Positions 1 to 9,297 of a DNA stretch of 64,000 nt are shown piece by piece (within the stretch, counting starts at the first letter, position 1; each line of letters opens with the position of its first letter). Source of the DNA: Minisyncoccota bacterium. Lineage in GTDB: Bacteria; Patescibacteriota; Minisyncoccia; Phycocordibacterales; UBA9973. Where the stretch lies: contig JALOQM010000004.1 of the NCBI GenBank assembly GCA_025453495.1, forward strand, positions 28,990 through 92,989, in the 5' to 3' direction. The position numbers and the translations under genes are program-made. Under the pieces are notes generated by a model. That model was given only the letters and a program-made list of their open reading frames with translations, did no database searches and was not told the DNA's origin.

Positions 1-424
1 TGACTTCTTGGCATCTTCATCCAAAAAATCTTTTCAGTGCGAATTAGCGACATGCTATCATCCCGTGTTGCAAGTATAATCAGAGAATTATCAGTGCTTT
101 GTATGGATACAGGGGTATTTTTTGTATAACACCAGCACGAATTCTTTTCTTTATCATGGAGTTGTTATATAACATCCCCTACTTGCTTTATTTCTAATAA
201 AAAGGAGACAGTGATAGTCAGACTTGTCTGATCTGTGGCAAAAAAGAATGATTGTGGTATGCAGACTCCAAACCTCCGAGTCCTCGCGAGGAAAAATTAA
301 TTTATGCGTACCCACCGCAGAAAGCCTACTTCGGTGGGTTTTCTCTTTTGAGCGAATAATGAATATGCAAATTAAATATGTCTATAGTAACTTCACTAGA
401 AGCTAATATGCTATTCTTATTTAA

Positions 425-1672
425 ATGCAAAAAAATGTTGACATCTACGACATAATCATAATCGGTGGCGGGGCTTCCGGCATGATGGCGGCTACCCTGG
501 CGGGAGCACGTGGCAAAAAAGTACTACTCATTGAGAAAAATAAACGTCTTGGCGAGAAACTTCGGATTACAGGAGGCGGGAGATGCAATATCACAAATGC
601 CGAGCATGATATCAGGAAACTTCTTGCGCACTATGGTAAAGCCGAGCAATTTCTCTATTCCCCATTCTCTGAATTTGGTGTGAAGGAAACAATAAAGTAC
701 TTTGAATCTCGTGACTTACCCATTGTTGTTGAAGCAAACAATCGCGCATTTCCAAAAACACAAAAAGCGGCAGATGTTGCAGTAGTGCTCGAGAAAGAAT
801 TACAAAAACATAATGTCAGTATCAAGACAAGCTGTACAGTAAAAAAGATTACACATGCACATAAAAGAATTACACAGGTTGAAACTGATCAAGGCAATTT
901 CAAAGCTCAATCCTACATCCTCGCAACTGGTGGCACATCACATCCTGAGACAGGCTCGACTGGTGATGGATTTGTCTGGCTTGCCGCACTTGGTCACAAT
1001 GTCAAATCCCCCACGCCCTCTATTGTACCAATCGCAGTCAAAGACACGTGGATCAAGAAACTAAAAGGCGTCTCGGTATCAAACGCAAAAATCACTTTTT
1101 TCCTCGAAAGTAAGAAGCAATTCACAAAAACTGGCCCGCTGCTTTTCACGCACTTCGGTCTCTCAGGTCCGCTCATATTAAATAGCGCAGGGCGAGTCGC
1201 CCAATTGCTTGAGAGCGGTAGTGTAACAGGGACAATTGATCTCTTCCCTGAAAGCGATCACACGGCACTTGATACGAGCGTGATCGCACTCTTTGATGCG
1301 AACAAAAACAAACTCCTAAAAACAGCGTTCAGAGAATTGGTTCCTCAAGGCACGAGTGAGGGTATCCAACTCCTCCTGTCGCAGATTGATTTCACGCACA
1401 AAGTGCATTCGGTGAGTAAAGAAAATCGTAAGAGACTTATTCAGACACTGAAAGCATTACCATTCACTGTGACACATCTTCTAGGCAAAGACCGTGCAGT
1501 TGTCGCTGACGGTGGCGTACATCTCTCAGAAATCGACATGAAAACCATGCGATCAAAGCAGATCGACAACCTCTTCATCACCGGCGATCTCCTCGATATC
1601 AATCGACCCTCCGGTGGCTATTCCCTCCAACTCTGCTGGACGACTGGATATATTGCTGGTATGCAGGCGTAA
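425..1672 (+). CDS. HI0933-like FAD-dependent flavoprotein (NAD(FAD)-utilizing dehydrogenase family)
   Basis: 415 aa ORF with ATG start. N-terminal dinucleotide-binding motif DIIIIGGGASGMMAA, GGGRCNITN block and C-terminal ITGDLLDINRPSGGY block typical of the HI0933/YhiN family. Confidence 0.8.
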   Translation: MQKNVDIYDIIIIGGGASGMMAATLAGARGKKVLLIEKNKRLGEKLRITGGGRCNITNAEHDIRKLLAHYGKAEQFLYSPFSEFGVKETIKYFESRDLPIVVEANNRAFPKTQKAADVAVVLEKELQKHNVSIKTSCTVKKITHAHKRITQVETDQGNFKAQSYILATGGTSHPETGSTGDGFVWLAALGHNVKSPTPSIVPIAVKDTWIKKLKGVSVSNAKITFFLESKKQFTKTGPLLFTHFGLSGPLILNSAGRVAQLLESGSVTGTIDLFPESDHTALDTSVIALFDANKNKLLKTAFRELVPQGTSEGIQLLLSQIDFTHKVHSVSKENRKRLIQTLKALPFTVTHLLGKDRAVVADGGVHLSEIDMKTMRSKQIDNLFITGDLLDINRPSGGYSLQLCWTTGYIAGMQA

Positions 1673-1860
1673 ACACCAATCACCTCGTATACACAACTAT
1701 ATACTAATTTTGCGACATATGTCATATACGTAGGGCAGTTTATTGTTGTTTATCCCACACACAAAAACCACTCTTTTGTTGTTCATATGTTGTAATATCT
1801 TCACTCAAAACAACTTCGAGATATGCTATACTTTTACATATACATTTAATTATTCTTTTT

Positions 1861-2253
1861 ATGGAATCAATCATATCTTCAAACATACCTCTTCTCCTCC
1901 AGCTCATCATAGCAATCGGTCTTATAAATGTATGGGTACTTCGGGTACACCGTCCGACTATATATCGTGGTGGTAATGCAAAAAATATGATTGAAGAGTT
2001 TGCAGTATATGGACTCCCTACATGGATGCTCTATGTAGTAGGTGCTACAAAAATCACTATTGCGCTACTTATGATCGTAGGAATCTGGTATCAGACAGTG
2101 GTCATACCTGGAGCAGCAGTACTTGGACTTCTTATGATTGGTGCAGTAGCATTTCATGTAAAAGTCCATGACAAGATGATAAAAATAATTCCTGCGCTTT
2201 CTATCCTTGTTCTTGCAGTGGCAGTACTAGGTGCTACCCTTTTTATGCCGTAG
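1861..2253 (+). CDS. DoxX-like family small membrane protein
   Basis: 130 aa, four predicted hydrophobic helices, RGGNAKNMIEEFAVYGLP motif resembling the DoxX-like family. The overlapping 1743-1976 ORF was judged less likely. Confidence 0.5.
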   Translation: MESIISSNIPLLLQLIIAIGLINVWVLRVHRPTIYRGGNAKNMIEEFAVYGLPTWMLYVVGATKITIALLMIVGIWYQTVVIPGAAVLGLLMIGAVAFHVKVHDKMIKIIPALSILVLAVAVLGATLFMP

Positions 2254-2349
2254 CGCGATAAGTACTAACTAGAGAGACATTCAATCAAAAAAAATACTAT
2301 GAAGAGTGCCTAGGTGGTCATGCTAGTACAAAAAACATAGTAAAAATAC

Positions 2350-2790
2350 TTATATATCTTTTACTCTCGTAGTGTGGCACTTCTCGCACTTACACCCTTT
2401 TGGCTTGATGTATTCTTTCCAAAATTCGCGACCATAATCATAGGTGATTTCAGTTCCCGCTGGAATCCTACGCTTAGAAAATATCCAGACTCTTTTTTTG
2501 TAGATGGTTGGTTCACTGTTACCACAACACGAGTGGTTGATGTACCGTGCAGTATTGGAACGTGCCTTACCATCAATTGTAATCTTCGCAGTTACTTCAA
2601 ATAGATACTGGCTTGTGATCGTATATTCTTCTTTTTCCGAAAGCTTCCTGCCTACATACTCGATAATACACGCACGGGCAGGTATATCTTGCGCAGCAAA
2701 AAGACCGAGGCCAGCACTTGAGCGCTTCACAGTATAAAAATTTCGATTAAGTGGGATATATGTTCGTCTTTTGGTCATACAGAATGTCAT
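2350..2790 (-). CDS. SET-domain protein (putative protein-lysine N-methyltransferase)
   Basis: 146 aa. GLGLFAAQDIPARACIIEYVG, ARYINHSCCGNSE (the NHSC-x-N SET signature), GTEITYDYG and a C-terminal Cys cluster CKCEKCH (post-SET-like). No signal peptide. Confidence 0.8.
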   Translation of the reverse strand: MTFCMTKRRTYIPLNRNFYTVKRSSAGLGLFAAQDIPARACIIEYVGRKLSEKEEYTITSQYLFEVTAKITIDGKARSNTARYINHSCCGNSEPTIYKKRVWIFSKRRIPAGTEITYDYGREFWKEYIKPKGCKCEKCHTTRVKDI

Positions 2791-2819
2791 TATACGTTTT
2801 TTATTGATAATATAAAAAT

Positions 2820-3446
2820 ATGTTTGGCCTAATGAAACAAGAAATCAAAATACTTAAAAAGTTACGTACACCGATACAGATTCAGGAATACCTTGATACA
2901 GTTCCTATAAACTTTGAGGAGCACAGAGAGACATATATGTCTGTGCGGCGGACACTACAAGAGAAAAAGATGCACTGTCTTGAAGGTGCACTTGTCGCAG
3001 CTACCGCACTCTGGCTACAGGGGCAAAAGCCACTTCTACTTGATCTCAAGGCCGACGGTGATGACGATCATGTCGTCGTGCTCTATCGGACAAATGGCTA
3101 CTTTGGAGCGATTAGTAAGACGAATCATGCAACACTACGCTTCCGTGATCCTATCTACAAGACACTTCGCGAACTTGCCCTCTCCTACTTCCATGAATAT
3201 ACCCATACAAAAAATGGCAAAAAGTGTCTACGCTCGTATTCCACTCGACCGTTTGATCTACGAACACTCGGACATGACTGGATCACGAGTGATGAAGATT
3301 TATACTACATCGCACAAGCAATTGATGATGCATCACATACAAGACTCTTTCCAAAACAGCAAGAGAAATATTTACGTAAAGCAGACCAGATGGAACGACG
3401 CGCGAACGCACTAACTGAGTGGCGTACATCTCGACGACGTGCCTAA
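2820..3446 (+). CDS. Hypothetical protein with papain-like (peptidase C39-like) Cys/His signature
   Basis: 208 aa. HCLEGALVAATALW (catalytic-Cys-like context) and DDDHVVVLY (His context resembling the C39 HFVVL motif). Divergent from the SET gene with only 29 bp between start codons. Confidence 0.4.
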   Translation: MFGLMKQEIKILKKLRTPIQIQEYLDTVPINFEEHRETYMSVRRTLQEKKMHCLEGALVAATALWLQGQKPLLLDLKADGDDDHVVVLYRTNGYFGAISKTNHATLRFRDPIYKTLRELALSYFHEYTHTKNGKKCLRSYSTRPFDLRTLGHDWITSDEDLYYIAQAIDDASHTRLFPKQQEKYLRKADQMERRANALTEWRTSRRRA

Positions 3447-3498
3447 ATGCAAAAAACCTGACCAGGATACGATCCTAATCAGGTTTTGTATGTAAGAG

Positions 3499-4092
3499 TT
3501 ATTTTCCACTTAGGGGTATGCCAAAGACTACTCCGATTTCCAGTGCCCAAGAGGGGATGACGGGAGAATTTTTAATCCAAAGGAGATTCAATCCCCCACG
3601 AAAGGTCCCACCAATCCAATAGTCATTGTTAACAATCCCACCACAGTTAAGCTGCAAAAAAAGTTTGCCTGTGCTTCCTGTGCCTAATTCACGTGCACTA
3701 GGAAAGGAAGGTCCATAGCCGAAACCAACAACTGATCCGGCAAAACTAATTTTACTTTGGTTTCTAGAACCACCTTCAAAAGGCACTCCGAATCCAACAA
3801 GAAAAAGAGTTGCCGGAGTATTTACCGGGAGCCGATAGGTCGTGTCATAGAGGCGAAAATGTTGACCGCCATTATGCTCAAGACCAATCCTTAAATAATC
3901 ACCAGCTAAACCAAAAGTAACTGCACCACCAATAATTGGGCTGTACGGAAATGCCAGAGGTCCTGACTGATCGACACTCATACCGGTAAATATCGTAGTG
4001 AATACTGTACTTTGCGCTTTGGTCTGCATCGGCGCTACTGCCATACCCATCATCCAGATGGCAACAATGGCTAAAAGGTTTGTTTTTTTCAT
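3499..4092 (-). CDS. Secreted glycine-rich hypothetical protein
   Basis: 197 aa. N-terminal signal peptide MKKTNLLAIVAIWMMGMAVAPMQTKA, Gly/aromatic-rich body. Confidence 0.5.
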   Translation of the reverse strand: MKKTNLLAIVAIWMMGMAVAPMQTKAQSTVFTTIFTGMSVDQSGPLAFPYSPIIGGAVTFGLAGDYLRIGLEHNGGQHFRLYDTTYRLPVNTPATLFLVGFGVPFEGGSRNQSKISFAGSVVGFGYGPSFPSARELGTGSTGKLFLQLNCGGIVNNDYWIGGTFRGGLNLLWIKNSPVIPSWALEIGVVFGIPLSGK

Positions 4093-4249
4093 CGAACTAT
4101 TTTTTTGTTTACTTTTTTGTTTCTTCGTAAATTCCGATTAAAAATTAGCATGAGTATATACTTTTGTCAATATACCGCGATATGAAGATCTAATGCAAAA
4201 AACCAAGGTGTACCCTTGGTTTTTTGCATTATTTTGTATTCCTTAACTA

Positions 4250-6004
4250 TTATTGCTTACACACAAGCTCATTTATCTTTTTTGTTGTTGTGATATAGAC
4301 ATACCCTGTGCCTTCATTGAGCCCCCAAGAGCTAAGCACATCGGCTGTGTATGCTTCTTGAAAACGCTTGACTGCGGCATCAGTTGCAAGACCAAAGAAC
4401 CCTGTTGGTTGTATTGATAAGAAAGAATTTTTTAGCAAGAAGCTCTGTAACTTTGTAACCTCTGGACCTCTCGAACCAAGCCTCATATATGAAGTAAGAT
4501 ATGGTGCGCATGTATCTTGAGGTTCCACATATCCTGGAAGCTCTTTCGGATTTGTCGTAAATCCGCCAGCACCAGTATCAATCGGTGGAGGGGCTATACC
4601 AGTATCAGTTGGAGGTGTGACTAATGCTGGAGCAGATACTCCCTGTGCCATCGAGTCGCTATCTGCAGTAAAGCGAATTGTTTCTGAATTTGTGCCAGAA
4701 AGTCTGTAACCGATACCGGCAACAGTCAATGCGCCGTTAAGCATTTCGCCTTCACGAAGCGCGAGACCGACAAGCGAACCTGGACCATCTTCTCCAATTA
4801 CGACATCATTCATAAAATCGACATCAGTAATGACATAGTCAGTCACTCCAATAGTATTTGTTTTAACCGCTTTTACGACACCTTGTGTTGCACAAGCAGT
4901 TCCACTAACACAGCCCGAGGGACTAGTCGTCCATACAAGTGTATCAGCGACAACATCAGCCACAATTGACGGTGAAGCAACATAATCTAAATTTCCACCA
5001 TTTACACCACAAGTATGTACAGCTCGTAGAGTAAATGATTCATGGTCAGTGGTCGCATTATAAGATGCAAATGCAGGAGAAAAATCAATAACGCCATTAT
5101 CTGCTCTTACCTGAAAACTATTAGGTATAGTGGTAGCACCGCAATGGCTTGGAGAAATAGAGCCGAATTGCAGACTACCAGGAGAGCTACCATCAAGAAC
5201 AAGAGATACGACATCTGAATGATATCTTGTCGCGATATTTCCAAAACTATCATAAGCAGTAACCACGGGCTGTGTAGTCCACACCACACCACTTTGCACA
5301 TCACCATAAACTGGAGTCGGTGTCATGCTTGGTAGTGTAGTGAAACTAAGAGTTACTGCTTGACCTGGAATAATCGTAAAGGCATTATCGATAGCCTTAC
5401 CTGTAGAACCTCCACCCTTACCTGTTGCTGAATCATCAGATACAAATAATTCTTGCCCGATTATCCAAAGCTGAAGATTTCCGTCTTGTGAAGTAAAGCC
5501 ATCACCATCAAAAACAGCAGCAGTTTCAGGGTTGAAAATTATATTAAGAATACTAAAAGAAATTGTGTCTGAAACATCAACAGTACTTCCGTAATTAAAT
5601 GGAGCGGCAAGAGTGAGTTGTATTCTTGTACCTACAACTTCAACCAAAGAAACTTCTCGATCAGTACCATTTATAGAAATAAAACCACCTGAACCAATAT
5701 CTGATTGCACCACTTCTGTTGGATCAGCAATAAATGAACCATCAAGAGTAAATATATTTGGAAAATTAACAATAATCTTGGATGCTGTTCCAGTACTTGT
5801 TGTCGTATAAGATACTTCGTATTGCCCCGGTTCACCGACAATATCATCAGTACCAAGAGTTACTGGAGCGACTGTAGCAGTAGTTATTGATGCTTGCACC
5901 GAGTTCCGCCACACAAATCCACCCACAACAAGAGCAGTGATAATACCTACAATAGTGAGGGTATACACATTGTTGGAAATTTTTTTCTTGAGTATATTCA
6001 ACAT
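4250..6004 (-). CDS. Membrane-anchored cell-surface protein with C-terminal peptidoglycan-binding (PG_binding_1-like) domain
   Basis: 584 aa. N-terminal signal anchor, long Thr/Ser/Gly/Val-rich beta-type body. C-terminus LGSRGPEVTKLQSFLL...GFFGLATDAAVKRFQ matches the PG_binding_1 motif pattern. A terminator hairpin follows at 4195-4228. Confidence 0.6.
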   Translation of the reverse strand: MLNILKKKISNNVYTLTIVGIITALVVGGFVWRNSVQASITTATVAPVTLGTDDIVGEPGQYEVSYTTTSTGTASKIIVNFPNIFTLDGSFIADPTEVVQSDIGSGGFISINGTDREVSLVEVVGTRIQLTLAAPFNYGSTVDVSDTISFSILNIIFNPETAAVFDGDGFTSQDGNLQLWIIGQELFVSDDSATGKGGGSTGKAIDNAFTIIPGQAVTLSFTTLPSMTPTPVYGDVQSGVVWTTQPVVTAYDSFGNIATRYHSDVVSLVLDGSSPGSLQFGSISPSHCGATTIPNSFQVRADNGVIDFSPAFASYNATTDHESFTLRAVHTCGVNGGNLDYVASPSIVADVVADTLVWTTSPSGCVSGTACATQGVVKAVKTNTIGVTDYVITDVDFMNDVVIGEDGPGSLVGLALREGEMLNGALTVAGIGYRLSGTNSETIRFTADSDSMAQGVSAPALVTPPTDTGIAPPPIDTGAGGFTTNPKELPGYVEPQDTCAPYLTSYMRLGSRGPEVTKLQSFLLKNSFLSIQPTGFFGLATDAAVKRFQEAYTADVLSSWGLNEGTGYVYITTTKKINELVCKQ

Positions 6005-6146
6005 GATATTTTTTACTTTATGTTTTACTTATGAGTTATACTCAATATACTAGCATATGCTAATGAAAAGCGCATTTGTACAATACGTAGTATATATTCC
6101 GTACAAAAGGCGTATTTTAGTAGCATACAATACTGTATACTAGACA

Positions 6147-6542
6147 TTGCATAGAATTTCGGGGCATATTCTACGCATAAGTCTTGCGATTACCTTTATT
6201 TGGATTGCTAGTGTGATACTCAAATACCCAGAAGTCTGGGGTGAATATCTCAAGCCTTGGGCAATCGATCTCCCTCCCGCCTCCGTCGAAGCAACCATGC
6301 GTGCGACAGATATTGCTGATATCGTAATCGGCTTCTTGTTTCTTGTGCCGAGCATAGCGTGGGTTGCTGGTATTCTCGGTGTACTCCATATGCTTCTGGT
6401 TCTTGTGACATCGGGCATAACTGATATGACCGTAAGCAACATTGGACTACTTGGCGCGTCGGCTGCCATAGTCCTTGATTCACTTTCTTTTTTTATTCGA
6501 AAACGGCATAGTAGTAAAACTACTGCGACCCCCACCACATAA
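6147..6542 (+). CDS. Hypothetical small membrane protein
   Basis: 131 aa, three hydrophobic helices. Preferred over the antisense 6140-6577 ORF on hydrophobicity pattern only. Confidence 0.3.
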   Translation: MHRISGHILRISLAITFIWIASVILKYPEVWGEYLKPWAIDLPPASVEATMRATDIADIVIGFLFLVPSIAWVAGILGVLHMLLVLVTSGITDMTVSNIGLLGASAAIVLDSLSFFIRKRHSSKTTATPTT

Positions 6543-6554
6543 ACGACACACGTC

Positions 6555-7253
6555 ATGCGCTTACATCGATTTTTCACTACTACTGATATTGGAAATGTTC
6601 ACGCGGGTATGGTAGTTACTATTTCAGATCCACACATCACGCACCAGCTTAGTAAAGTACTTCGAGCAAAAATAGGAGACCCAGTCGCATTTTTTGATGG
6701 ACAAGGTATAGCGATAAATGGCGACATAGTGGAGCTACAAAAAAACACAATTACTCTCTTGGTAAAAGAGCAAAAAAAGCATCAAAGACCAAAAAAAATA
6801 ACAATACTCTATCTTGCTATGCTCAAGCGCGAGAACTTCGAGCTTGCCGTACAAAAAGCAACTGAGATAGGCATCAGTGCGATTGTCCCACTTCTCACAG
6901 AGCGAACCATAAAGACAGGTTTCAACCGTACACGTATTGAGAAAATCATAATCGAAGCTGCTGAGCAATCTGGGAGAGTATTTGTCCCAACACTCTACGA
7001 ACCAAAGTCATTTATTCAAGCTTGTAAAGAAATACAAACCCTTAAATTATTTCTCGATTTCGATGGGACTCATTTTGAGAATGTGCTAAAAAAAACAAAA
7101 GACACAGTAGCTCTTTATGTCGGGCCTGAAGGTGGATGGACAGATACTGAACGAGCACTTGCAAAAGAAGCGGGCTGTATCGCAACAACGCTTGGCACAC
7201 TAACCCTACGTGCAGAAACTGCGGCAATCGTCGGAAGTTATCTAATCATATAA
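6555..7253 (+). CDS. rsmE: 16S rRNA (uracil1498-N3)-methyltransferase RsmE
   Basis: 232 aa. N-terminal PUA-like region (HRFF...), C-terminal SPOUT motifs LYVGPEGGWTDTE and TLGTLTLRAETAAI. Confidence 0.9.
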   Translation: MRLHRFFTTTDIGNVHAGMVVTISDPHITHQLSKVLRAKIGDPVAFFDGQGIAINGDIVELQKNTITLLVKEQKKHQRPKKITILYLAMLKRENFELAVQKATEIGISAIVPLLTERTIKTGFNRTRIEKIIIEAAEQSGRVFVPTLYEPKSFIQACKEIQTLKLFLDFDGTHFENVLKKTKDTVALYVGPEGGWTDTERALAKEAGCIATTLGTLTLRAETAAIVGSYLII

Positions 7254-7325
7254 AATAAAGCCTGAATTCACTTAGGAATTCAGGCTTTTTTGTAAAAATA
7301 AAAACTACAACTGCAGGTAAAAACC

Positions 7326-8456
7326 TTACTCCGGAGGGGAATCAAAACTCGGAGTTGTGCTCGGTGCAGTAGTGGGAGCAGGTGCAACCGTTTCACGTCG
7401 CGGTGGCGGAGGCGGATCAAACGTCTCCGTTTTGGGTGCCGATGGCTGAGTCTTCGGTATCTGTGTTGCGGGCTGTGGTGTACTCCAACTTGTAGTTCGC
7501 TGCGGTTGCTTCTTTTTCGGCTCGGTGTTTACTACCCCATCAACTGGAGTAGGAGCTGTTTTAAACGAGACAATCACACAATAGCCTTCCGCTTGATAGC
7601 GACGGAAATTGCGTTTTGCTTGCCGTTCCGAAATGGAGTCATTTTTGAACTTCAGGATGTATGCGTCAAGCATAAATTCCTGAAGTTCTGTAATGTAGGC
7701 GGTAAAGCGGTACCCTTGCGGTTTGGTCGTTGCCTCAATAAATGCGGCATCCATCTTTAACGGCATCACATGTCTTCCAATAGGAAGATTCGTTTGAAGA
7801 TCCTTGCCGATCGGGAGAAAAATATCCACCAGTTCGCTCGGTCCAGATTCCGTACCTTTGCCTACATCAAGATCAGTGTAGGTCACAGCCGCATCGGTTA
7901 AACCAATAAAGTAACTGTAAAACGGTATACCAACCGCCAGATAACTTTCTTCGCTTGCATTGAAGCGATAGTTATAGGGCGGAAGCGATACCGAATCATG
8001 TGGAACGAGGCGGAAATTTTTGGCGTGAGGTACACCTTTACTGGTAAGGCCTGCAAGCACTCGCTCACCATACTTATCGCCATTACAGCGAATAGTACTT
8101 CCTGTATTGAGCGTAGCCTCAATGATTAAGTCCATGTTATCGGGCTTCTCACGAAGCACGATCTGAAGATCATTATTCTGATCCTCAGTCGAAAACATCG
8201 ACACCCATATACCTTTTTTTTGCGAATCATTCGTAATCATAAATGACGCATAACAGCCTGTTGGACCAAGGCTCCAGATGGCGTCTGCTGTGACATACGG
8301 AATGTAACCTATAATATACGGGTCACCACTATTACTACCATTTTGCTCGTATACATATGCGTCTTTCGGCACTATAGAGTTATCAGCTCTATAGTGTGCC
8401 TGCAAGGTCACGCTGAAAAGCGCGAGTAGGCAGGCTGAAAAAAAGATTTTTTTCAT
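7326..8456 (-). CDS. Secreted hypothetical protein with Pro/Thr-rich C-terminal tail
   Basis: Start chosen at MKKIFFSACLLALFSVTLQA (signal peptide; ATG at 8454-8456) rather than the upstream in-frame extension. C-terminal about 70 aa is P/T/S-rich low complexity. Confidence 0.55.
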   Translation of the reverse strand: MKKIFFSACLLALFSVTLQAHYRADNSIVPKDAYVYEQNGSNSGDPYIIGYIPYVTADAIWSLGPTGCYASFMITNDSQKKGIWVSMFSTEDQNNDLQIVLREKPDNMDLIIEATLNTGSTIRCNGDKYGERVLAGLTSKGVPHAKNFRLVPHDSVSLPPYNYRFNASEESYLAVGIPFYSYFIGLTDAAVTYTDLDVGKGTESGPSELVDIFLPIGKDLQTNLPIGRHVMPLKMDAAFIEATTKPQGYRFTAYITELQEFMLDAYILKFKNDSISERQAKRNFRRYQAEGYCVIVSFKTAPTPVDGVVNTEPKKKQPQRTTSWSTPQPATQIPKTQPSAPKTETFDPPPPPRRETVAPAPTTAPSTTPSFDSPPE

Positions 8457-8627
8457 GCTTTTTTCGGTTTTTGCAGTTGTTGTTTTTATTGGTTTATTAA
8501 AGTTACATCCTACGTCCTCCGATCTCGGGAAAATTCCGAGATCGGGTAGGGATATACGCATTATACTTATTTAAGTAAATATGTCAATACCTTCAAATAA
8601 GGTAATAAAATGGCATTTTTTCAATAT

Positions 8628-9257
8628 TTACAGATTTTCTTTATTGCTGAGAAGTTTCGTCAAAAAAGTGCGTCGATGGATGACGGTGATCCCCTTTTGC
8701 TGTATCTTTTCATAATGCAATTTCGTCCCATAGCCTTTGTGCATTTCAAATCCATAGTGCTCAAATTCTTTTGCATATGCTGACATTTTGCGATCGCGAC
8801 TGACCTTGGCGACAATCGATGCGAGTGCGATAATGGGCTCTTTTTCATCTCCCTTGATAATCGTTTTTTGCTCTAGAAACTGTTTTGGTGCGCGGATACC
8901 ACCATCAAGTAATACCTGTGTATGTTCCGGATCAGCCGCGACTTTCTTAAGTACACCATCAATACCTCGCCTGATACATACCGCAATACCATAGCGATCA
9001 ATCATCTCACCTGCGACAAGTGCGACTGACATTTTTGCGCGACCGTCTTTGACCCATGACTGTAGTGTGGCATACCATTCTTCTCTCTTTTTTTCTGAAA
9101 GCTTTTTTGAATCCCGAAGTTTTGTAAAAGTGCCACTCTCACGCAGTGCATCAAACACCTCTGTGTCAAAGAGTACTGCGCCAACTGCAACAGGCCCTGC
9201 AATCGGACCACGCCCTGCTTCGTCAATACCGACAACATACTCCCGCTTTTTGTCCAT
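8628..9257 (-). CDS. rnhB: Ribonuclease HII
   Basis: Start at MDKKREYVVGIDEAGRGPIAGPVAVGAV (canonical RNase HII N-terminus; ATG at 9255-9257), with downstream conserved blocks. Confidence 0.9.
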   Translation of the reverse strand: MDKKREYVVGIDEAGRGPIAGPVAVGAVLFDTEVFDALRESGTFTKLRDSKKLSEKKREEWYATLQSWVKDGRAKMSVALVAGEMIDRYGIAVCIRRGIDGVLKKVAADPEHTQVLLDGGIRAPKQFLEQKTIIKGDEKEPIIALASIVAKVSRDRKMSAYAKEFEHYGFEMHKGYGTKLHYEKIQQKGITVIHRRTFLTKLLSNKENL

Positions 9258-9297
9258 ATTTTTCCATAGTATCCCATTTGCTATACTTGGGCTACTT

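Noticed and set aside
224-406. 60-aa ORF in the leader region
   Set aside because: No start context, odd composition, and it lies in a region with hairpin and terminator features. Treated as non-coding.
6140-6577. 145-aa minus-strand ORF overlapping the 6147-6542 plus-strand membrane-protein ORF
   Set aside because: The plus-strand translation shows regular hydrophobic helices. The minus-strand product has no pattern and would overlap the rsmE start. Strand choice remains low-confidence.
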